DNA of 64,000 nt from Octopus bimaculoides (taxonomy: Eukaryota), in assembly GCF_001194135.2 (NCBI RefSeq), contig NC_068981.1, positions 101,481,957 through 101,545,956 of the forward strand. The letters are read 5' to 3'. The notes under the pieces were generated by a model. The model was not told where the DNA came from and made no database searches. It worked only from the letters and a program-made list of their open reading frames with translations. This document shows positions 39,845 through 52,715 of this stretch, in pieces (the first letter of the stretch is position 1; every line of letters begins with the position of its first letter). The translations under genes were made by a program, and so were the position numbers.

Positions 39845-40172
39845 AGTACGAACATGAATGATGAGAAATCCTTCATAAACGGAAACCAGAATAATTATAT
39901 GTCGTATCGAAGAAATGAACAATAATAAATATTCCAATTTGTATATCTAAAAATTATTTTGAAGAATAAAACCTGTAATTATATAATATAGTTATATTTA
40001 ACAATGGTAGTATTGCTTGATTCAATATACTGGTAACAGACTGTCTTTTTGTGAGTTAGTCTCGCCCCCTATTAAAAGAACAGTCCAGTGGAGTTGCTGC
40101 TGTATTGGATCAAACAATACTATCTTTGTTACATACATTATATCACTACAGATTTGATGCATAGAAAATATG

Positions 40173-40216
<44 letters not shown>

Positions 40217-40341
40217 AAACATTTTAGTCTCTTAGAAAGTTTAATGACGTTCGTCTACGTTTCTCATACGTGTTTGTGACATGAAGGATCGCCGAAAATG
40301 TATAGTATAAACAATAAGTTGCATTATTAATGTCGACATAC

Positions 40342-40408
40342 CACAGCAATTTAAGTAGACAAGCAAAACACATGATAAAGTGAGGAACAAAGCTCCATAG
40401 GTTTTCAT
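40342..40408 (-). CDS. GNPTG: GNPTG exon 1 (signal peptide)
   Basis: ATG at 40408. MKTYGALFLTLSCVLLVYLNCC + G|gtatgt, 67 nt, phase 1, which fits the phase-1 start of the next exon. Hydrophobic signal-peptide-like sequence. Confidence 0.8.
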
Positions 40409-41161
40409 TGTATTTGTTTACGTTACACGACAACGTCAAACAAACATCTCTTCTTCTCTCGGTTTTACGGTGTTGTACGAATTAATCTCTTCTGCATATT
40501 CGGTCATCGCTGACAACGTAGCTGTCTCCGGAATGCAGGCATGGGCAAATCTTAGAAAAAAAAAATGATAAATAAGGACGTAAGACCACCAATTGCTATA
40601 AAGTATGTGTTTCCTCTCCACATCCTGCGATGTTATCCAAAGGAAATGTAAGGGTCGATACTGCTTGGAATAATTGCAGGCGAACTCAGAACGTAAAGAT
40701 TCGGAACAGATAGTGAGAAGTAGTCGTTCACCACTGTAACAATTCTTTCAATCGCCACCGTTGTGGACTAGGGCTTCGCTTCCTCGATTTCAGAAGGACA
40801 AAAGGCAAAGGTGTATTCGATTGGTTCTGAACTCAGAACGTAAAGAGCTGGGACAAATATAGCAAAGAATTTTGTCGTACGCTTACCTACCATCTGTTTC
40901 CCGTATGTAAGTATGTGTGTGTTCGTGTAAAAGGGATCCCCTGGGTATAAACTGTATTTTAAGGTTTCCTCAAAAGTCAAAAGGTTGGAGAACGCTGGTC
41001 TAGAGCATTAAACAACACTGAAACAAGATACTCCAACACTGAAAGGGAAACCTAGGCAATTGTGTGCATTTTCTGCATGACCGAAAAATTTAAATCGTGG
41101 TCTCAGATGTGGATTATCGAAAGTATCATCTGCATGTAGTTTGAGATACAGGTCACAAATA

Positions 41162-42060
41162 CAGTAGTTTTTGAGAACATAAGACCGGTGTATAAGATGC
41201 GCCGATGTATAAGACGCACCCTTATTTTAGAAACAAAGTTTTGGAGGTAAAAAAAAAAAAAAAAGCTACGACCATATTTGAAAGGTTTTTCAGGAACAAA
41301 AATTCAGCCCGATACTTTAACGATTAGTGTACATTGTTCTAAGCACAAAAATGCTCAAAATAAGAAACTATCATAAATTAAAAAACACGCACACACACAA
41401 AAAGAAAACGATATAGGAAAGTTGGTTATACATCATTAAATGTATACCTGACTTTCCTATATAAAATTAAGTAATATAAACGGAACGCTGAACTCCAGAC
41501 TATCAACTTAAACAACACTTTATTTAGGTGGTAAATATATACATCTTTAGTTCTTGTTGTTACAGCTTCTGTGTGTATGAGCATAGTTGTTGGGACGTGG
41601 GTATGTAGTTGCAAGTGAGCTGTCGAGTGTAAGTCCGAAAGATGTAGAGAGACAACTTAACACGTCCATGCTCATGGTCGGCCGACCGTAAAAGAGATAG
41701 AATTAAGCGGGAACGCTTGCTTGTTTAATTCCACGCATGCGTGAGACTACGCATGCGCACGGCGTTACTACAACGAGAAGAAAAAAGGTTTACTGTTATT
41801 TAGGTTGAGGCAAAATCTACAAGATCCTCATTGCTTTCACTTTCGCTTGATAAAGAATCAGATATTTCATCATTGGATCCAATATTATGATAAAAGAGAA
41901 TGTCATCCTCAGTCTCATCTATTGCCTTACGAATACCATATATCTTAAACGACTTAATCGCTATATCACTTCTTGTTTTTCCCCACGAATTGTTCGTCCA
42001 CATGCACACCAGAACAAGCATCAGTTTTTTCCTTGAAAATCTTCCCGCTGTATCCAGTTG
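41162..42060 (-). mobile_element. pogo-like (Tc1/mariner) DNA transposon remnant, interrupted at about 41470-41772
   Basis: Terminus TA|CAGTAG... with repeated TATAAGA(C/T)GC subterminal motifs. Minus ORF 41800-42021 WTNNSWGKTRSDIAIKSFKIYGIRKAIDETEDDILF resembles the pogo DDE_1 C-terminal motif (AW...IKSFKKCGISNALDGTEDD). Confidence 0.7.
41470..41772 (-). mobile_element. Probable solo LTR
   Basis: Minus strand starts TGTAGTAAC, has AATAAA about 45 nt before the end, and ends TATATTACT (ACA expected). About 300 bp, CpG-rich. No TSD found. Confidence 0.45.
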
Positions 42061-42319
42061 TTCTATTTCTCTCTCGTTAGTCTTAAAGGGTTTGTTAATA
42101 GAAACATCGAGAGATTGCAGTTGACTTGTTAAACCATCGGATATAATAACCAGTACTGATTTTTAAACTCAGTTTTTCCGTTTATTAAACCTCCCACCTC
42201 CCACCGTTTCAACCCAGACAAGGAGAGAAGGCTTTTAAAATAAATCCCTTAGACGTTTTGATAAAATGTTTTCAAACCAAAGTGGTATTCAGTCTTCATC
42301 CAACCTTCCTTTTTCATAT

Positions 42320-43870
42320 ATGTGACACGGCATTCCTTCCACCGATACATTCTTACGAGAGTTCACTGCTGTTACTCTTCCTTTCCCCCCACCGAGTTGT
42401 CCATTGCGCGTCGGGGGGTTTCACCCACACTTCTTCCCCGATTTGAACACTTGCTGACTATTCTTCTTCTCCAAAGAGTCGCGGTTTCATGCTCGGGTGT
42501 CTCCATTCGTACCTAAACACAGCCTTTTGCGGGACCGTCTTCTCAGCCTGTCCTGACCTTGGCGACATATTGTACCAGAATATTGCTTCGATGGGAGAAA
42601 TCTTCCCCCTCTCAGCCATGGCTTTGATTGTGCGATGCTGACGCTCCACAATCCCATTCCTCCTAAGCCTATATGCTGCTCCGAAGAAACGTCTGGTATT
42701 CCATTAGTCGAGCATTTCTTTCAACTGCGCTAAGCGAAACACTGTGCTGTTGTCCATCAACAGCTCATCAACTAGCCCCCCCCCCACTCTCCAGGAATAC
42801 TGCATAGAGGACCTCCACAGTTTCAGCCGCAGCTCCTGTCCTCATTTCCCTCCATATTGCCATCCGTCCTGGCACACAGTCAACCATTGAGAGGTACTTC
42901 CTTCCCCGATAATGAACCATATTCATCGCCAACCTCTTCCAATCTTCTCCAACCTGAATCCTTCCTGTCTCATGCACACTCGGCGCGGAGTCTATAGACT
43001 GGCATCTGTCGCAGCTCCGCATCACTTTCCTTGGTAACATTAGGGCCCACTTTCTTGGCCAGGACAGAGTCATATCTACACCCATATAGTGCATGCTGTG
43101 CAACCTCAGCTCTGAGCCCGCCAGGCAACACGCTGCAGCCACCACACTCTGTACATCCTCTTCCACCACCAACCAGGGCTTTTTCACTCTGGTTAGCACA
43201 TCTGCCTTATTCTTTTCTGAAAGCACAAACACTACCTGTTGTTTCAAGCCAAACTCAGTGGCCAGCTCTCTGAGGATTCCTAACCGCCGCTTCCCTATCA
43301 TTTCTACGCCTCCCTTTGTGCGGACTCTCCTTTGATTGCTGATCACTGATTCCCCCCACCCTCTTACTGTGGCCGAATCAGTTCGAATTTCCAATTCGTG
43401 GAGCTCCCATTTCAGTGCCAAGTTCACGCCCTTTAGTGCGGTATCTAATTCAGCCACATTGATGTGGCTGCAATCATCCTTTTTTCTGAGCCACGCTGCA
43501 TCTTCCACTTCTATACACCCCACTTCCAGGATGACTCCTATTGCAATGCTACTTGCATCACACCAAACAACTCCTTTTTTTGTTTCGGGTACATCCCAGT
43601 TGCCCCTCACTGGATCCTCCGCTCTCACTCTCTCCAAAACGTCTTGCATCATGGCAGTTGTCTTCTGCCCTACTTTGTCGCTCCACTTTACTCCTTTAGC
43701 ACGCCTCTTGATGAGGCTGCATGCTGTCCAGAGCCATCCCGCAATTGGGTAAGTGTCCCGCCAGCTTTCCACACACCGAGAAGAGTTCTCGCCTACTCAC
43801 ATCTTTGTTCAGGTCCGGAATCTCATTTCCTTGGCGAAAAACAAGCCTGCCCATTTTGTCGTTTTCAATC
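42320..43870 (-). mobile_element. Ty3/Gypsy LTR retrotransposon pol remnant (RT connection, RNase H, integrase), frameshifted and truncated
   Basis: RNase H motifs WCDASSIAIG, HINVAELD, IRTDSATV. Integrase zinc finger H..H...CDRC. MERQHRTIK...WYNMSP and post-integrase IGEEVWVKPP...WGKGRVTAVNS. No gag, protease or RT core. Confidence 0.9.
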
Positions 43871-44811
43871 TTGATGACCTTCATCAGGTCATCCCAACCC
43901 TGAAGCTTCTTGAGCTTGAGATCAACCCGTCCAAGATGGAGATGATAAACTTCAGTTGTGGGGAGGCCGAATTCCTGGACACCGTACTCAGCAACCATCC
44001 CGTCTTGGCTGGAATCAAGACACACCGTCTGCATTCTTGGTTCTCAAATCCTCCCGAAAGCCATTACAGAATGTCTGGAGACCAAACTTGCGGACTTATC
44101 GATAATGATTGAAATATTGCGTTACTTTAACGCGCATCCGGCGCTTTTCCGCTTGAGGATTACTTTGCCATACCTAAGCTCCTTTTCTAGCTACGTAGTG
44201 CGTCATGTCACCCTCTTACAGATCGCCTCAGTGATATCTATGTCGTTATCCGGCACTGTGCTGAACTGATCTGCAATGTCACTTTTTTGACAGCGCCGGC
44301 TGGCAACAGGCTAAGTTACCTGTTGAATTCGGTAGCCTTGGCCTCCGTTTCACATTAGCCCTGACTCTACCAGCCTATCTTTCCTCAATCTCCTTTAGCT
44401 ACATCCTCATCGGCAAGGTACTTCGCGGGATGGCTGAACCCGAAGTAGTCAGGAACTAGAATCAGGTCCAGTCGATTGGACCGTTGAACTGGGATGCGGC
44501 ATGCTGCGACAAGTTCGCCGGCTTTAACCTCGCTCCAACCTTGCCACAAATCCAGGCATCACCGCCTGTAACGCAGAAGGGAGAAAAATATACATATACA
44601 GGAGCTTAAATAGCCGTTATCAGTTTGTGCCGCTCGCCAACGAGACCTCGGGTGTTCTCGGACCCCGCACTGCCGATTTCCTCCGCAAAATCGGAATAAC
44701 TGCGGCCCGTCTGAGAAATGAGCCTCGCGAGGTGGGGTGGCTGCTGCAGTGAACACCACTAGCTATTCTCCGCGGCAACGCCTTTGCAGTCAAGTCCGCG
44801 AGGCGCGACTA
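43865..44811 (+). mobile_element. CRE/NeSL-like non-LTR retrotransposon with restriction-like endonuclease; 5'-truncated and internally deleted
   Basis: LELEINPSK, LGSQI, AHPALF, WQQAKLPVEFGSLGLR, then LNWDAACCD, YQFVPLANETSGVLG, FLRKIG, WLLQ*TPLAILRGNA, stop at about 44809-44811. Confidence 0.8.
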
Positions 44812-45163
44812 AACACGCCATTTGTTCTGGGGTGTACAACCTCTCCATCTTCTGCTGATTAATCCCCTCTTTTTACTTTTTCTTTGTATCTTTGGTGAGG
44901 CAGTAATGGGGTTTTTCCTCGATAATTTGATATTTCATATATTTAATGTTTTTTCTTCTATTAAAAACTAAAAAAAACACGTTGTTAATAAAAGCAAAGT
45001 CTAATATAAAACAAAAATCGAAAAAAAAAAAGATAATTAGACGATTGCCTGACAACCAATTCCTTTCGTCAGCTGTAATTCCAAGGACAATAATTCTGTT
45101 TAACTCAGAATTTCTGGAAGAAGTCTTCAATTTCTATATAATAGAGTTACGTCCCTTACATCT

Positions 45164-45171
45164 ACTTCCGG
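45164..45171 (+). promoter_or_regulatory. ETS/GABP-type motif just upstream of the RAB3GAP1 start codon
   Basis: ACTTCCGG (reverse complement CCGGAAGT) ending 13 nt before the ATG, typical of housekeeping promoters. Function is inferred. Confidence 0.45.
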
Positions 45172-45184
45172 TACTACGCCAGCT

Positions 45185-45199
45185 ATGGCTGCTGACGAT
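45185..45199 (+). CDS. RAB3GAP1: RAB3GAP1 coding exon 1
   Basis: ATG GCT GCT GAC GAT|gtaagt = MAADD (vertebrate MAADSE). Phase 0 fits exon 2. Lies in a CpG-retaining promoter-like region. Confidence 0.8.
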
Positions 45200-47347
45200 G
45201 TAAGTTATTAATCAATTTCAAACGAATCTATTTCTTTTTATACTTGTTTGAAATTGTTTCTGTGTGAAATATCACCATCTTCCAGTCGTATATGTCCTTG
45301 AACAGTTGATTATTCCTGACAAATTACTTGTCAACTTTCAGTTTATATTAATTTTTCCATTGAAGTTTTGTATTTACAGTTTGTTTTGCTTAATAAGTTA
45401 AATATTTTGTATTTTCGCTTTTGTAACTTTGATACTTAGTAGTATGCCCCTAACAGAAAAAATGTGTATTAACTGATATACCTTTTGATACTTAGTACTA
45501 TTTGGTGTGTTTCTCTAAACCAACGAATAGTTTATTTGCTTACTTGCAACTGGAAGTAGGCAGAACGTCAGGCTTGTTCTACATTTTGAATTATTTTGTC
45601 CGGAACTCTTCGCCTTTTGATATAATCCCAGGTAGATCTTTAATGCACTGCAGGAATATAAACCCAGTACTCATATTATAATCTCTCGAACCCGCAAGTA
45701 CGAAAGACTAAGATGACCTTAGCAAGATTTGAAAACAAAGTTAACGAGCTGGATCTAAATACCGCGAGGTATTTTGTACAGCACTAAAATAAGTACCAAT
45801 TGTTAATTGGGGAGTTTATTAAAATTAACACGCAATTATCCTGCGATGATTTTCCTTGTGACTAATTAGAAGAAATCAATACCATAACGGCAAATAAGGG
45901 ATCGATTCTAAACATAATAATGTGAATATACCTAAAAGTAGTACCATTGAAAATAAGCACATTGCCAAATCCTGATATTGATAATGTTTAGTGTATGAAG
46001 TGAATATATGATGATGTATAAGTTTTTGCGAAACCAATATTTTCATATTTGCCAAAAATATCTTGGTTACTTGCCTGGCAGGTACACCTCCAAAATCTGA
46101 GTTACTTGTACCTGCCAATCCATTTTATTGACATTGATAGTCATAAAACGCTGGCGAAATATTTCAATTATTGCTCTATGTATGTGTTTAATCGAAATTT
46201 TGATTGCTGTTTGAAACAAAATATTGTATTTGTTAGCCATTGTCAAGAACACATCACAGCTGATTATTTGACAACTTGACACTAGCAACAGAGATCTAAC
46301 TCTCGCCACAATCTCTCTGTTGCTTGTGTAAGAAAGGAATTTTTATTCACCAAACTATATAATTATAAAATAAAATATAAAAGAATAATAATACATGTGT
46401 TAAATTATTGGCAAAGATAACTTTTCCAAAGTACAGAATTTAACTACAATTAAATGTTTAAAAATACGATGATTAAGTCGGACACATGGAAATTCTCCAT
46501 TTTATAAACATTATTATTTATATTTTGGTTCAAAAATTTATAGATCTTTGTAACATTGTTTAATTATTTTAAAGATTTCAATGGGTGTCTTCAATTTCAT
46601 TGAATAGTTAAGGTTGCTGAAGGTATAACACTCAAACATATTGTGACAAGTAGAATACTATTATGGTTATTTAATGTCATTGACATTATATAAAATTTGT
46701 GCATAGAAATGTGTGATACTGAATCTACATATTACTCATATGTATGCTTTGATCTCAAATGGGTAATAGGCTGGATTTGATTGGAGACACTAAACTTTAT
46801 ACTATAAATATCTAGACCACCTGTCTATTGTTTCAGACATATCCATCACTTACACACACATTCACAAAGACACAATCTCTCAACTTAGTAAATACTTATT
46901 ATCTAAGATGTTTGATGAAGCAATTTTGTGACCATTTTTTTACAATTTGCCAGTTTACTTCACTTAAGCTGCTATACTCTTGAGAAAGATATGAGCATTT
47001 TGTGAATTAATTTCTACTGTCTATGAATTTGAGGTTTTGTGTTTATATGATAAGAAATATAAGTGTATAATGGAGAAAAATTGTAGGGACAGTGTCTAGC
47101 GTAAGCTCTAGTATGGGTTCATGCAAGAATTTAAACTAACACCCAATGGAATTAATGTGATAATAGTAGCCTAACTCTATTTTGTGGCCACTGAATACTT
47201 TTGATATTATTTGTATACCTGCTTTGATACATAGACAAAGCCAACATGATCACCCCTCACCCTCCAATATATTTAAATAATGATGAATTAAGTCTTGCCT
47301 GTTATACTCTTAGGTGACATTTGTATGTATATAATCATACTTGATTT

Positions 47348-47565
47348 CTTATTTCTTTATTGCCCACAAGGGGACAAACAAAGGCAGACAAAGGGATTAA
47401 GTTGATTACATCGACACCAGTGCATAACTGGTACTTAATTTATTGACCCCAAAAGGATGAAAGGCAAAGTCGACCTTGGCGGAATTTGAACTTAGAACGT
47501 AAAGATAGACGAAATACCACTAAGCATTTCGTCTGGCGTGCTAATGTTTCTGCCAGCTCGCCACC
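47348..47565 (-). mobile_element. SINE family B, near full length (RAB3GAP1 intron 1)
   Basis: Reverse complement of the 52716-52945 copy. Confidence 0.85.
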
Positions 47566-48121
47566 TTTTACAGAAATCATACTTGATTTCTGTAACCCTT
47601 TAGCATTTAAACTGGTATATCTATCCCAAATATTCAACCTGTCTTAGGTTCAAATTGGCCATACCTACCCTACAATCACATTCTAAAAATATACTGTCAG
47701 ATCATTGAAGTCTTGAAGCAACGAGACAATGCTCATTGATTTAAAACAATGTGAATTAATAAGCATTACATTTGATAGAATAATCTAAAAGCTTAAAGGG
47801 TTAATCTCAGAATAAATTTGTACTTCTGGTCTTGTATAGTTAAATGTATGAGTGTTTATATAAAATGTGAGTCTTAGGACACTGTTTATATTAAATATGA
47901 CAATGTTCTTAAAAATCACCTTAAAACTGACACTCAGCTTTAGAACAATTAGAATAAACTTTTTATTTCTACTGTGTTTTTTTTCACTCTATCATAAAAG
48001 TCTGGTTGCAAACATTACTTTATTCAAACATGTGACATTTTGAAGTAATATGCAATATAGAATGGTATGCTACTTGTCTCTTTTATTTGATTCACATACT
48101 GTTTTGTTAATTTTCTTTTAG

Positions 48122-48174
48122 GATGCAGATGTCTTTGAAATTACAGATTTTACAACTGCTTCAGACTGGGAAAG
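48122..48174 (+). CDS. RAB3GAP1: RAB3GAP1 exon 2
   Basis: ttttag|GAT...GAA AG|gtttgt. 53 nt. DADVFEITDFTTASDWE(R), the signature RAB3GAP1 N-terminus. Confidence 0.95.
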
Positions 48175-48750
48175 GTTTGTATTCACTGTTATTTACATAT
48201 TAAAGAAAGAGAAGACAGTAATTATGAAAATCTAGATTAGAAATTTTCAAAGAAATTCATAATAGATATTAGATTTCAGGTTTTAAAAAAATCTGTAAAT
48301 TATGATGGTCCATTTCTAGAAGTTATATACCCTTAATTTGTGCTAATGACAAACATCCATATGGCACCTGTGGAAGTATGCTCATGGTTGTTTCTGGTGT
48401 AATGTAAATGGTGTTGTGTGAATGGCACCCTTGAGATCATAGTCATGACCATTGTCAGTGACATGTACAAGCACCCATTACACTCTTGGAGTGGTTGGCA
48501 TTAGGAAGGTCATCCAACCGTAGAAACCATGCCAAATCAGACTGGAACCTGGTGCAGCTCCCTATCTTATCAGTTCCAGTCAAACTGTTTAACTCATGTT
48601 AATTTTGGTTAAACAGTTTTAAACCTGTTGCTATTTTCTAACTTGATATACTTAAACAAATGGAATCAGCTGCCTTTCCGGAGAGGATATGGGATTTCAT
48701 TTTTCCACTTTTAGATAATTTTACTAACAGTGAATGTTATTCTTGTTTAG

Positions 48751-48826
48751 GTTTATAGCACGGCTCGAAGAAATTTTACATGAATGGAGATTGGTTAATT
48801 TACCAGCATTGCCTCCTGTTGCAAAG
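48751..48826 (+). CDS. RAB3GAP1: RAB3GAP1 exon 3
   Basis: 76 nt, AG/GT bounded. FIARLEEILHEWRLVNLPALPPVAK. Confidence 0.93.
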
Positions 48827-50080
48827 GTAAACTGAGAAAATTCATTAATTATTTTTGTCTGTATTTATTCTGTGAATCAGTGCATTATATTCCAGGGTGG
48901 CTAGACTTATTGCTCTTTAGCTCCAAGTCAGCTCAAATTATGATCAAGGTGCTCCACCTATGATCATATTTTAGTCTACATTTTTCAATATTTCCTTCTT
49001 TTTAAAGGTTGTTGGGTGGATTTGGTTGCTATTTCTAACATGATGAGTGACTGCATATAAGATCGTTTGTTGGCATGGCTGAAAGGTCGCCAATTGTGCT
49101 GTGTCCATTTAATAAAAAAATTTACTTTCTAGTTAGTTACAGGAGGAAGTGCAATGCCCATGAGCATTTCTGTGTTTTTGATGTTGTTGATGTGAATTTC
49201 ATCTAAGTTGAAGTATGTAAGGAAAATGAGGGTTGCAGCTCTAGCAAGAGTGTGTTTAATATGGACTTGGTTGGTATGATGCGAGTCAGGCTTATTGCAT
49301 AGGTCTCAGAGAAAGTGCTACTTATATGGTGGCTAGTCCATCTGAATTAGAAAATCCCTACTCTTATTGGTTCACTTCATGGAATTGCTGATAGGTAGGT
49401 GTCACTAACATGAAAAATCTGCTTATTGCTATAAACTGTTGTTCTGTTTCCCTAGCTTGCAACCTTGAGTTTCAGTCTTTCTATAGTTATATTTTGAAGA
49501 CAAGTGAGTGTCATGAAGATTACTTGCTGTATATAGATTAAGTTAAAATGGTCTTCACTGCTGTTCCAATGAACTAATGATATGAGACTCAACATCTTTA
49601 CCATATATTAGTATATGTGTGAGCTAATAATTTCTCCTCAAATCTTAGCTTACTAAATTAATCCTTTGCCTGTCCTGTATATATGTGATACACAAGGCAT
49701 ATTTCCGTGACATCCATAAATCATATATGATTCACATTCCCAATTTTTTTCAACCACCTGAGTATCTTGGGACTTATGAAAGGAAAGCTTTTTATTACTC
49801 AGAACAAATGAAATAAGGTCTGCCTAAAAATCTGAAAACAAGCTTCAACATTTAAAGCAAACTTATGAAAATACTTTGGACAGGCAAATAGTTAAATAAG
49901 AAAAGAATGCTTTAGATAATGTAATTCTATATAGTCTTGAAATGCTGGTTATCATTTGTCATTGTGCTGTTCAATAAAGGTTGATATGAGGATAAATAAC
50001 TTGTGTATATGTGTGTGTATGATTACATAAATATACTCTTTTCCATTGTTTACTGATAATGTATGAAATATTTTTGTTAG

Positions 50081-50237
50081 GGGGAATTCACATCAGAGAC
50101 ATGGGAAGAGCGAACAGATGAACTTCAGTTTTCAGATGTCAAGTTTGATTTGACATACCACTATTTAAAATCAGCAGAGACAACCCTTGCTGAGAAAACA
50201 CGTGAACAAGAAGAGCAAGATGACACCAAAAATGAAG
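50081..50237 (+). CDS. RAB3GAP1: RAB3GAP1 exon 4
   Basis: 157 nt. GEFTSETWEERTDELQFSDVKFDLTYHYLK...KNE, compare GIFTSGTWEEKSDEISFADFKFSVTHHYL. Confidence 0.93.
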
Positions 50238-51916
50238 GTAACTTGTTTTCTTTTGCTTTGTATTTCAGATTTTTTTCTTTCATTTTCAACCTCTCTTTCT
50301 GACTGTTTAAGAATAAATTTGGACACGCATTGGACTTAAAACAGATAGTTATAAGTTCCAATTTGTTTTTGAAATTGGTATATTAGAAGATACGGCAGTG
50401 TGCTTATGACCCATTAAAACGCCTTGGAGACTGATAAGGAAGGAGGAAGCTATACTCTAACCAGAGACCTTTGTATGAATACTTACAATAGAGTAGACTC
50501 GGCTCAAGGTAGTGAAGGACCAAATGATGATGTTAAACTTGACAATAGATTAAGCCCACCACCCAAGCAGGCCACAGCAAAATTTGGACATAGAATGCAA
50601 TGAACAGGAACAAATACAGCATGACATCCTGTCTGATGCTTTAGCTATTTCTCCTCCAGTTCCCTACCCATACTTGGTATTTTATTTATTGATGCTGTAT
50701 GGATGAAATGCAAAGCCAACTGAAGCTAAGTACTGTAAGCAGTAGATAATAGTAGATACCTCTTCACTCATATAAACAGTGGTATCACTGTTGAGTTTAT
50801 GAATTCATATACATACTTACCTTCTTCAGAGAGAGATTTATCTCACACCTGCTTAAAACTGAAGCTAAGTAGTGTCCTTAGGTGGGTGTTGGAAAAGGAT
50901 TAGTTTTTTTTGGCTTGTAAATTTCAGAAGTGAATTGAATATCTCAAGGGTTGTTTTTTAACCCTCTGTCTATTAAATAAACTTCTGATCAAAAGCATTC
51001 CAGGTTTGACCATCCTGTCTTTCCTTCTGAGCTAGAAACCCAGGACCACATTATCCAAAGCATTCCTGTTAAGATAGATTTGAATTAAGGATGAGTTGGC
51101 TGTTGTTTCTAGTAGGTTGAGTGACCATGTAGAAACTCCTATCAATTGTTTAATTGGTAGGTCAACTCCTTGTGACTAAAAAAATATAAAACCGAGGTTT
51201 GGACTTAGCTAGTTCAAATGATTATGATGTAGACAAGATTATAGCAATGTGTAAAGGCTCTGAATTAAAAAATAGAAAACATTTATTAACATTATTTATT
51301 TAGGTTTGAAAGCACTGAGCTTAGCAACATTTCTTCTGGCATTTTGTTATGAGTTCAAATTCTGCTGACATCACCTTTGCCTTCCATCCTTTTGGGGTCA
51401 ATAAAATAGGTACCAGCTGAGTACTGAGGTTCATGTAATCAACTATCCCCACTCGTTTTGTTTTTTCAAGTAGTGTAACTATTAGTGCCATTTATTACTA
51501 TTCAGATGCATCGTTCTCTATAATTTTAAGTTGTCCGTATCAGTTAAAATCACATGTCCTGCACCAGATGCAGAAGCATTAATTACATTATTTTAGACAA
51601 CTAACTTCTCGTATAAAATTTAGTTTTTGTGTGCTTGCTCTTTAATTTGTATGGTAGTTGTGAAATGTGTGTATGTATGCGCAAGATGTGATTGTTTATT
51701 TTTAGAATAGCATTATAGACTAGCTGTGAGAGTCCAGATCTGGCCAGTTTGAACATAAGTCTATGGATTATTTGGGCTGGATATGGGTGGTTTAAATGCT
51801 AAAGCGTTATATAACTCCTACATATTCTTAAAAATTCATTTCTAATGGATGATATAAAGCTGAATTACTATATAACTAATATAAAGCTATATTCCTATAT
51901 AACCTTCCTTTGACAG

Positions 51917-51995
51917 ATGCCACTCCTACTGTATTTGAAGACATGATGTCAATGGACAATGACTTCCCATCACGTGCCCATTGTCTTTGCAGATG
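51917..51995 (+). CDS. RAB3GAP1: RAB3GAP1 exon 5
   Basis: 79 nt. (D)ATPTVFEDMMSMDNDFPSRAHCLCR(W). Confidence 0.95.
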
Positions 51996-52715
51996 GTTTG
52001 TAATCACTATTTTATATTTATATTAATATTTTTGCAATCATGTCTTAAATCAGTTCATCTATTGTTTATTTATTTCCCTGCTTTTCAACAACATACCATC
52101 AGTTAGAAAAATAGTAAAAGAAAACAAAAAAACAAGGTTTTACCTACAAAATTCTTGATTGCTTTTCAAAATTACTCATTTAAAACAAAATGAAATTATA
52201 TAATGTATTTAAATGTAGAATTGAATATATTTCTTTATGAGCAAAATTTAAAACTCAATATTTCTGACAAGATTATCATGTAGTCTTTTTAATCCTTTAA
52301 ATCAAACTGTAAGCAAGCTTTGTCAGTAACTTAGAATGTGTGCTGTGGACAAAATGCCTTGCAGTATTTCATTAATCCCTTTGTCTTGTGAGTTCCAATC
52401 TTGCAAGTGTTGATTTTGCCTTTCATCCTTCTGGGGTTGAAAAATTAAGTACTACCAGTCAAATACAGAAGTAACTTTAATGAATTTTGCTCTTCCTTCA
52501 AAATTTATTACCTTAGTGTAAGTTGGAGATCAGCAATGCAGATCAAATAATAATCTTCACAGATAATTATGATGGCCATTTAGGAAAATGGAACATTTTC
52601 ATTCAGTTGAAATGATGATACATTTGAGAGAAATTTGAAAAATTGTACTGTTTAAGAAATTGCTATATCAAAGAGTTGTTTTGATGACTGGAGATTTTTC
52701 AAGCAGAAACTTTGC

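Noticed and set aside
40436-40621. Minus ORF MERKHILYSNWW... as GNPTG exon 1
   Set aside because: No phase-1 donor in frame. The exon at 40408-40342 gives a better signal peptide and the correct phase.
42768-43772. 334-aa ORF as a host gene
   Set aside because: It is Gypsy RNase H/integrase, entered by a frameshift and disrupted on both sides.
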